Assembly: GCA_963762565.1 (NCBI GenBank)
Contig: CAVXLD010000001.1
Span: forward strand, 1,280,001 to 1,344,000
DNA length: 64,000 nucleotides
From: an uncultured Verrucomicrobiae bacterium
Lineage (GTDB): Bacteria > Verrucomicrobiota > Verrucomicrobiia > Chthoniobacterales > JAFAMB01
Direction of reading: 5' to 3'
Shown here: in pieces, positions 57,383-64,000 of the stretch
Position numbering within the stretch: position 1 is the stretch's first letter
Layout: every line of letters starts with the position of its first letter
Position numbers and translations under genes: made by a program
Notes under the pieces: generated by a model
Database searches by the model: none
The model's input: the letters and a program-made list of their open reading frames with translations, nothing else
Told to the model about the DNA's origin: nothing

Positions 57383-58372
57383 TTATTTTTGCGGGACAGC
57401 CGCCCCGGCGCGAGCCAAAGTCGGTATCCGCAACATTGCTCCGTAGCAGTTAAAGACCCGCCGGCTACCAAACGTCAGGTCGTGCGCCTGGGCTAGACTT
57501 TCGACCATGCGTAAACCAATCCCGGTTCCCGTTTCAGTATTCGTCTTGGTGCCTACCCGATTCAGAACAAACAGGGTCAATGCTTCATTGCAGGCGCGTG
57601 ATCGCAACCGGATCTCCCCTACCCCGTGAGAAAAAGCGTTGGAGAGCAGATTGTGAAGGATCAATCCGAAGATCTTTTCATCCAACTCGGCTTCCAACTC
57701 TGGCGGTAGGTCAATAGAAAGCTTGCGCTGTTGGGCCGCGGCCTGGAGCTCGTAAGGCGCCACTATCGCCTGCACAGACTTGGCGACCTTTTGCCTGGTT
57801 TTAACCGGACGAATTTTGTGTTCGGCGACTTTCGCAAGGAAAAGCGCAGTATCGACATACTCGGTCAACCGGCGGATTTCTCCCGTCATAAAGTCCAGAA
57901 ACTGCGGATCAAGCTGCTTCGCCGCATAGTCGAGATGTAGCTGAAGGGATGTGAGTGGGCCCCGCAGCTCATGAGCGACTTTGGCTGCATAGTGATCCAG
58001 ACGAGCCTGGCTCTCCCTTAAAACTTCCATTAGATCGGTAATTTCTGCGACCAGCTTCTGATACTCTCGATCGCGGTTCAAGGATCCCAATGCCAACAGG
58101 TCCGAGCTCGATATTCTCCGTTCCGCCAAGGCGTTGGCCACCTGCTCAACCGGGCGATTGATTCGGCGAGTGACAATCAAGACCGGGATGGCAACAACCC
58201 CGGCGGTCACCGCCAAAGAACTAACCCAGATTTTGAGCAACTCAGGCCCGAGTTGCTCCCAGTGATCCGTTGTTTGACTAAGCCAGAGCCAAGTAATGGC
58301 CAGAGATATCGCCACGCCGATTCCAGCGGTCGCCACGCAGGCCAAAGTTACGGCTACTTTCGTGGATCTCAT
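57383..58372 (-). CDS. Membrane sensor histidine kinase
   Basis: Two TMs; AHELRGPL H-box, NLLSNA N-box, GTGIGL G2 box. Confidence 0.85.
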   Translation of the reverse strand: MRSTKVAVTLACVATAGIGVAISLAITWLWLSQTTDHWEQLGPELLKIWVSSLAVTAGVVAIPVLIVTRRINRPVEQVANALAERRISSSDLLALGSLNRDREYQKLVAEITDLMEVLRESQARLDHYAAKVAHELRGPLTSLQLHLDYAAKQLDPQFLDFMTGEIRRLTEYVDTALFLAKVAEHKIRPVKTRQKVAKSVQAIVAPYELQAAAQQRKLSIDLPPELEAELDEKIFGLILHNLLSNAFSHGVGEIRLRSRACNEALTLFVLNRVGTKTNTETGTGIGLRMVESLAQAHDLTFGSRRVFNCYGAMLRIPTLARAGAAVPQK

Positions 58373-58380
58373 CGCGGAAG

Positions 58381-58484
58381 ACAGAATTCACCACAAAGAC
58401 ACGGAGGCCACAAAGGACCAATCCAAGATGAGGCTTTTTGGTTTTTGTTCTTTGTGACCTCTGTGTCTCTGTGGTGAATTCTGT
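58381..58484. repeat. Inverted repeat (about 35-bp arms)
   Basis: ACAGAATTCACCACAAAGACACGGAGGCCACAAAG / CTTTGTGACCTCTGTGTCTCTGTGGTGAATTCTGT. Confidence 0.8.
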
Positions 58485-58490
58485 CTCCTA

Positions 58491-59555
58491 CTAAATCGAG
58501 GTTTCGCGTTTGGTTGAGCGCAGACGGATGGTTTTCTGAACGAGATCGTGGTAAGCCTCGATCATTCGTACCGTGCGGCTGCGAGCACGCATCAGAACGG
58601 AATGAGTGACCGCGGTATGACCACGCACCCGGACACCCCGCAACAATGGATTGTCGCTAATGCCTGTGGCGCAAAAGATGATGTTATCGCCCTGGGCGAG
58701 ATCCTTGGCATAGAAGACCTTGCCCAATTCGCTTCGGTATCCCGCCTCCATCACTGCTTGCTCTTCCGCGCTGTCTCGGGGCCACATCACGGTCTGTAAA
58801 TCGCCGCCCAAACAGCGAATTGCGGCCGCAGCCAGTACCGCTTCGGGAGACCCGCCAATTCCGACATAGAGATCTACGCCACTGTCAGCTATCGAGGGCG
58901 CTATCGCTGCAGTGATATCGCCATCTGAAATCATGCGCACCATGGCGCCGGTAGAACGGACTGCTTCCACCAGTTTCTGGTGGCGGGGCCGGTCCAGAAT
59001 AACGACCGATAGATCCTGGACCCTTTTACGCAGGGCCTTGGCAACCAGGGGAATAATTTCTTCGATCGGGTTCAAGATTGAGATCGTCTGAATCCCGGTC
59101 CGTTGCATATAGCGCACCACCTTCAAACCATAGGCCAGCTTCATCATGTAGAACGTGGGGATATCTTTCAACGAGACCCCAATATCGTGTTCGGGAGAGG
59201 CGGCGGCGATGCAGCAGATCGAACCCGGGAGCCCTTTTGAGACATTGGTGGTGCCGTCAATCGGATCGAGCGCCAAATCGAATTTATGGCTGCCAGGCGA
59301 CCAGGTTCCAAGGTGTTCTCCTTTAAATATCCCGGGAGCATTATCCTTGATCCCCTCTCCAATCACCACCTCTCCACAAATGTTCATGAGGTCGAACATA
59401 CCGCGGATCGCATCGCAGGCCGCAGCGTCGGCCTTCTCCTTTTCACCCCGTCCGATCCACGGCAGAGTGTTCAAAGCGGCCGCCTCGGTTGCCCTCAGGA
59501 AGTCGATCTCGATGATGCGTTCGTAATCTTCGTACGGTTGCTGGTGGGAGCGCAT
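58491..59555 (-). CDS. glpX: Class II fructose-1,6-bisphosphatase
   Basis: TEAAA, VIGEG, DPIDGT, LDRPRH, DGD, GIGGSPE, ATGI; start reset to ATG 59555. Confidence 0.93.
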   Translation of the reverse strand: MRSHQQPYEDYERIIEIDFLRATEAAALNTLPWIGRGEKEKADAAACDAIRGMFDLMNICGEVVIGEGIKDNAPGIFKGEHLGTWSPGSHKFDLALDPIDGTTNVSKGLPGSICCIAAASPEHDIGVSLKDIPTFYMMKLAYGLKVVRYMQRTGIQTISILNPIEEIIPLVAKALRKRVQDLSVVILDRPRHQKLVEAVRSTGAMVRMISDGDITAAIAPSIADSGVDLYVGIGGSPEAVLAAAAIRCLGGDLQTVMWPRDSAEEQAVMEAGYRSELGKVFYAKDLAQGDNIIFCATGISDNPLLRGVRVRGHTAVTHSVLMRARSRTVRMIEAYHDLVQKTIRLRSTKRETSI

Positions 59556-59562
59556 GAGACAG

Positions 59563-59729
59563 AATGACAGATGACAAATGACAGATGACAAATCGAATAG
59601 CCAATTGCAAATCGCCACGCGTCGCGAATAGGCGATAGCCACGCTGTCGCGAATAGTCGATAGCCAATCAGGAGATTGCCTTGGCTATTGGCTATTCAAT
59701 TTGTCATTTGTCATCTGTCATTTGTCATT
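59563..59729. repeat. Inverted heptamer arms (ATGACAR, ATAGCCA) filling the glpX/thuA divergent region
   Basis: ATGACAGATGACAAATGACAGATGACAA / TTGTCATTTGTCATCTGTCATTTGTCAT; smaller copy at 60518-60590. Confidence 0.85.
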
Positions 59730-59756
59730 TTTCCGAAACTGTGGTTTTCAGACAGA

Positions 59757-60509
59757 GTGAATCCCACAGTGAACCCTACCCGCGTTATCTTTTGGAACGA
59801 ATACATTCACGAAAAAAAGGACCCAGCGGTTGCAGCTGTCTATCCGCAAGGAATCCATGCTCAGTTAGCGACCGCTTTTGCTCATGACTCCGCGTTGATC
59901 TGCGAAACGGCGACGCTGGAGGAAAAAGAGCATGGCCTATCGGTCGACCGATTGGACGCTACCGATGTCCTGGTTTGGTGGGGGCATCTAGCGCACAAGC
60001 AAGTTGAGGATGAGATCGTGGAACGGGTCCGAAAGCGGGTTCTGGAAGGAATGGGACTAGTGGTGCTGCACTCAGGGCACTATTCGAAGGTCTTTCAAAG
60101 ATTGCTCGGGACCACCTGTTCGTTGGGTTGGCGTGAAGCCGGTGAAAAAGAGCGGGTCTGGGTCTGCCAGCCAGGGCACCCCATTGCCCGCGATCTACCG
60201 GCTTACTTTGAGATCCCACACGAGGAAATGTATTCGGAGCCTTTTGGTATCCCTAATCCGGACGAATTAGTTTTTATTTCCTGGTTCCAAGGTGGAGAAG
60301 TCTTTCGATCGGGCTGCTGTTGGCGGCGTGGCGCTGGAAAGATCTTTTATTTCCGGCCAGGTCACGAAACCTTTCCCACATACCGGCAACCAGAGGTTCT
60401 GCAAGTGATCCGAAACGGCATCGGATGGGCGACTCCGGATAGACCACGCTGGATTGATGCATGCCCGAATATAAAGGTCTCGCCAGAGGGAATTAGGCAG
60501 GAACGCTAA
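59757..60509 (+). CDS. thuA: ThuA-domain (trehalose utilisation) protein
   Basis: [35 protein letters not shown]. Confidence 0.88.
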   Translation: MNPTVNPTRVIFWNEYIHEKKDPAVAAVYPQGIHAQLATAFAHDSALICETATLEEKEHGLSVDRLDATDVLVWWGHLAHKQVEDEIVERVRKRVLEGMGLVVLHSGHYSKVFQRLLGTTCSLGWREAGEKERVWVCQPGHPIARDLPAYFEIPHEEMYSEPFGIPNPDELVFISWFQGGEVFRSGCCWRRGAGKIFYFRPGHETFPTYRQPEVLQVIRNGIGWATPDRPRWIDACPNIKVSPEGIRQER

Positions 60510-60590
60510 CGTTCCTAAATGACAAAGTGACAAATGACAGATCGCCGCGAGACTACGGCGCTTGGCGGGAAAATTTGTCATCTGTCATTC

Positions 60591-60809
60591 TCAACGTCTG
60601 AACAGCCAGCTCAATAACGTGAGGACGATGCTGATTAAAATGCACGTCACCAGCGGGAAATAGAAAGAGAAGTTCCCTTTTTGAACCGAGATATCGCCCG
60701 GCAGACGCCCCATCCAGCCAAACCAGCCAGGGAACTTCCACAAAAGCGCGCCTCCGATCGCAAGAACTATCCCGACGATCATCGCGATTCTGCCGATTTC
60801 CTGCATCAT
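60591..60809 (-). CDS. DUF2905 small membrane protein
   Basis: GRLPGDI, FYFPLVTCILIS. Confidence 0.9.
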   Translation of the reverse strand: MMQEIGRIAMIVGIVLAIGGALLWKFPGWFGWMGRLPGDISVQKGNFSFYFPLVTCILISIVLTLLSWLFRR

Positions 60810-60821
60810 AGGAAATAAAGG

Positions 60822-61077
60822 GGAAGGAGTTCAGGAGTTCAAGGAGTTGGTAGGGCGAGGCTCCCGAACGGCCCAAGCCTGTTCGCGGGGATACTGATGC
60901 CTCATTTCTAAAGGTGCAGTTACGACTGTTGACCTGCCGAGCCGTGCGCTGCGCGACCCACGGCTCGGCGGGCTGCTTGACGTCGCACCGCGAAATCCGG
61001 GACGGAACATCGGGCTCCGCGAACTGTTGAAGGTCTTTCGGGAGCCTCGCCCTACCATCTCCTTGAACTCCTCGAAC
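60822..61077. repeat. Family-1 palindrome (60849-61056) with nonamer arms
   Basis: Paralog of 53628-53893. Confidence 0.9.
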
Positions 61078-61100
61078 GTCTCGTTACGTTCGTCCCGCCT

Positions 61101-62048
61101 ATGTGGCTCGCGTTTTACGTTCATCACCTCGACCCTTTTCTGGTTCGGTTCTATGGAGATATTGGTATCCGTTGGTACGGTACCGCCTATCTGGCGGGAT
61201 TTGTCGCCGCTTTTTTCCTCCTGAAATGGCTTGCTCGAAAAGGGTACGGCCCCCTCGCCGAATCCCAGGTAGCCGACTTCATCTTTTTTGCGGCTGTCTT
61301 CGGCGTTCTAGTTGGCGGACGTCTTGGCTACGTTCTCTTTTATCGGCCTCAGATGATCTTTCATCCTTTGGAGATATTTCAAGTTTGGGACGGAGGAATG
61401 GCCAGTCACGGCGGAATTCTGGGACTAGTGATCTTTTCGTTTATTTACGCTCGTCGACATCACATTTCCTGGACAGGAATCGGTGACAACCTGGTGGCGG
61501 CGGCGCCACTCGGATTAATGTTCGGCCGGCTAGCCAATTTCATTAACGGTGAGCTTTACGGGCGACCCACAACCGTACCCTGGGCCATGCAATTTCCTTC
61601 CGAGCTACTCGATCCCAGCTTCCCAGCCGATAAGGTCAATGCTGTCATCGGAAAATGCGAGGCCGTGGACCCGGCCATTGTGCAGGCAGCAGACCCCATC
61701 AGGGCAATCATCGCTGCGGCTCGTACGAATCCGCAGGTCCGGGACGTACTTGCCCAGTTTCTGACTCCAAGACATCCGAGCCAACTTTACGAGGCGTTCC
61801 TTGAAGGCTTGCTGCTTTTTATTTGTCTAATCACCGTTCGCCTCCGGTTTCGACAACCCAATGGCATAACCACCGGCTGTTTCTTTCTTCTGTACCCGAC
61901 GATGCGAATCATCGGGGAGCAATTCCGAGAACCCGACGCGCCGTTAACCGGCCCATTCACCCGGGGACAATTTTTGTCTCTATTTATGTTCGTGGTCGGA
62001 ATTGCGTTTCTGGTTTACGCACTGCGGTCCCGGAAAGGTGCAGCGTGA
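61101..62048 (+). CDS. lgt: Prolipoprotein diacylglyceryl transferase
   Basis: IRWYG, GGRLGYVLFY, GGMASHGG, GRLANFINGELYGR, HPSQLYEA. Confidence 0.96.
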   Translation: MWLAFYVHHLDPFLVRFYGDIGIRWYGTAYLAGFVAAFFLLKWLARKGYGPLAESQVADFIFFAAVFGVLVGGRLGYVLFYRPQMIFHPLEIFQVWDGGMASHGGILGLVIFSFIYARRHHISWTGIGDNLVAAAPLGLMFGRLANFINGELYGRPTTVPWAMQFPSELLDPSFPADKVNAVIGKCEAVDPAIVQAADPIRAIIAAARTNPQVRDVLAQFLTPRHPSQLYEAFLEGLLLFICLITVRLRFRQPNGITTGCFFLLYPTMRIIGEQFREPDAPLTGPFTRGQFLSLFMFVVGIAFLVYALRSRKGAA

Positions 62049-62146
62049 TTCCGGGCGAGAGCTTATCGTACTCGTCTCTCGTCCTTGAAAAGACTACAGC
62101 AGCCTGCCAGGTTGATCGTCCGAGCAGCGTCTGCAGAGCCCCAATC

Positions 62147-62350
62147 TGGAGGGGAGCCGCTTTGTAAGATTGCAGCTCTATGGGTTTGCAGCAGGCGGCT
62201 CCCGGGGATCACCCAGCGTAGCATTTGTGCCCAACGCTATCCGCGAATCGATACAGACACGCCCAAATCCCTGCAAAACCTGGAGCCGTTCCCGGGAGCC
62301 GCTTGCTGCGACGTGATAGAACTAGCGACCTATAAAGCGGCTCCCCTCCA
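62147..62350. repeat. Family-2 REPIN-like palindrome (204 bp)
   Basis: TGGAGGGGAGCCGCTTT / AAAGCGGCTCCCCTCCA. Confidence 0.88.
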
Positions 62351-62466
62351 GTCGCGCTCGGCTTCTCGTTGACCGCACAACCCTCTCTCGAGAACGAGGA
62401 CGAGAACGACCTGCCACCACACGCTGGATCACCTCCTAGATTCTCGCTCCTGACACTGCTTACTGC

Positions 62467-62649
62467 TTACTGATTACTCGGCCCGACAGCTCCAGCGCGC
62501 GCCATCTCAGGAACCACCTGCTCCAGCTCGCGCCGATGAAAAGCATCGCTAACGACCGCGCAGGTCATCAGGATGAAGCAAATTAAGAAAACGGCGCAGA
62601 CAACATAGCCGAACCGGTAGCTATAGTCCGAGGTGTTTTCGGGTGACAT
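62467..62649 (-). CDS. Small single-TM hypothetical protein
   Basis: One hydrophobic segment; 6 bp downstream of the preceding gene. Confidence 0.5.
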   Translation of the reverse strand: MSPENTSDYSYRFGYVVCAVFLICFILMTCAVVSDAFHRRELEQVVPEMARAGAVGPSNQ

Positions 62650-62655
62650 TAGGTC

Positions 62656-64000
62656 TTAGGCTGATCTTGCTAGGCGTGAGATAAATCGCCCGGTGTACCG
62701 TTGACTCTGAGCGGGAGCCAATTGAGGCAACGGATCACGGGCTGGGCTCCTGGTGGAATGCACATACCTTGAAGCCATCTCCCGCAACTGCAACCAGCGG
62801 TCCCAATCGTAAGCGGGCGCTTGTGTGATCTGCCGCAGCAAACTTCGCCATTCAGTAAGCGCTCGTTCGATATCCCCGTAGCGCACGCTCTCGCTGACCA
62901 GCCGATGGCGAGGTACCTGATGTGCCACGACTTCCCGCACCACTTCTGAACCTCCTGGCCCATACGCAATGGGCAGCCCCATCTCGAGGTAACCTGAGTA
63001 CTCACCCCGCTGATAGACCGTTTGGCAAACCGCACCTAATCGTCCATGGGAATAGGTTTCATCCAAAGAAAACCGATGCCCGACACGAAGATTGGCTAAA
63101 TCAAAAACCAAGTCCTCGATTGGATAATCCGACTCTTCAAGAGCAGCAGCGATCGCCAGGCCCTCTCCCTGATTGAAAAAACTGAAGATAATCCCGCGAC
63201 GGGTGGGAACCCCTCTCTGATCCACCAGACCAAGTTGTCGCCAAGCTAACGCGGGTGAAACCGAAAGCTCCAGAGCCTCACAATCCGCTTTTAGCGCACA
63301 AGGCTGGCAAACCGCTGGATAAGTTCGGCGGGTCTCGGGGTTTTCCAAGATACGGCCGCGGCCGTCTCGATAACCGGTGACCGGTAAGCCGGCAAACCGG
63401 AACCGGCCAAAAATCATCCCGTCTCGGACGCACTGTTCATGGAGCCGCCCACTCATCTCGGCTTCCACAATCGGTAGCACTTGCTTTAAGAATTCTTCTG
63501 GTTTCCAACCATTGACGGCAGCCAGCAAAGGAAACCGTTCACGAAGAAGCTTCCGCAGCCATTTGGCCGCCAACCAACTTCCTCTTTTTTCGGCTGCAAG
63601 CGGGATTTCTCTGCCGTATTCAAACGGCTGCCGGACCTGAGTCTGCCCCGTGGGCCCGTCCTGAGCTTGTCGAACGGGTTCACCAAACCTGATCTTACAA
63701 AGGGCGCCGAATCCGTGCTTTTGAGCAATAGCAGCCACCGTCAAAGCGGGCCGCCAATGTCCGGTCGGCAATCGAACCAACAGCTCGCCCAAGCCAGCCT
63801 CGCCAGGGGCGGGCAGCGGCTCCCAAAGTCCCTCCGGCGTAAGCATTTCCCGATCGTGTCTTCGGACCAGCCGCGCTCGTTCGCCATCGACCGGCAGGCC
63901 ACAGAGCGGATCGCTTGCCGAATTTTCCTTAACGGCATAAAAGCTCTCGACGCCAACAGTCAGGGGTCTGGATGAAAAAAGCCCAGCGATTAGCTGCCTG
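62656..64000 (-). CDS. C-terminal part of a probable DEAD/DEAH (Ski2-like) helicase, truncated by window edge
   Basis: Frame open to base 64000; PTRRGIIFSFF...GEGLAIAAALE resembles helicase C-terminal regions; catalytic motifs not in window. Confidence 0.5.
   Translation of the reverse strand, partial: RQLIAGLFSSRPLTVGVESFYAVKENSASDPLCGLPVDGERARLVRRHDREMLTPEGLWEPLPAPGEAGLGELLVRLPTGHWRPALTVAAIAQKHGFGALCKIRFGEPVRQAQDGPTGQTQVRQPFEYGREIPLAAEKRGSWLAAKWLRKLLRERFPLLAAVNGWKPEEFLKQVLPIVEAEMSGRLHEQCVRDGMIFGRFRFAGLPVTGYRDGRGRILENPETRRTYPAVCQPCALKADCEALELSVSPALAWRQLGLVDQRGVPTRRGIIFSFFNQGEGLAIAAALEESDYPIEDLVFDLANLRVGHRFSLDETYSHGRLGAVCQTVYQRGEYSGYLEMGLPIAYGPGGSEVVREVVAHQVPRHRLVSESVRYGDIERALTEWRSLLRQITQAPAYDWDRWLQLREMASRYVHSTRSPARDPLPQLAPAQSQRYTGRFISRLARSA

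Noticed and set aside
58491..59555. Calvin cycle inferred from cbbR plus glpX
   Set aside because: No Rubisco or phosphoribulokinase in the window; glpX is 55 kb from cbbR in a housekeeping context
59556..59756. N-terminal extensions of glpX and thuA (SSVICHLS-type text)
   Set aside because: Translations of heptamer repeats
1..64000. CRISPR array, rRNA, tRNA
   Set aside because: No regularly spaced direct repeats with unique spacers, no cas genes, and no rRNA or cloverleaf sequence recognised; repeats are dispersed palindromes and microsatellites

Overview
Bacterial chromosomal segment, most likely from a soil Verrucomicrobiota (Chthoniobacterales/Spartobacteria-like); this is inferred from gene content and repeat style, not from a marker search. 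About 2.1-20.4 kb holds a complete group 1h (high-affinity, atmospheric-H2-type) [NiFe]-hydrogenase locus: DUF5947, DUF6084, an accessory-protein/maturation-protease fusion, DUF1641, hhySL, hypBA, NifU/Rieske hhyE, hypF, a deviant hypC paralog, hypCD, gmhA-like, hypE and a HoxN nickel permease. A CbbR-family regulator sits divergently next to it with no Rubisco in the window, and the hhySL promoter carries a five-fold TNA-N7-TNA CbbR-type operator. The middle is accessory: transporters, a MITE, a disrupted secreted beta-propeller gene, an inositol-like ABC transporter, a TetR micro-regulon and an ECF42/YCII/DUF899 operon. The right part is housekeeping (trpB, mutY, rnhC, HU, rnc, lptF/G, hisF, recJ, glpX, thuA, lgt) plus a release-factor-like gene lacking its GGQ loop. 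Intergenic space is crowded with several families of 120-285 bp REPIN-like hairpins, a 30-bp micro-element inserted into their loops, and inverted microsatellite arms, some fused into coding sequences. No rRNA, tRNA, CRISPR or transposase was recognised. Best candidates for new biology: CbbR-controlled trace-H2 oxidation, the nested REP/micro-element system, the GGQ-less release factor, and ECF42- and TetR-controlled small proteins.
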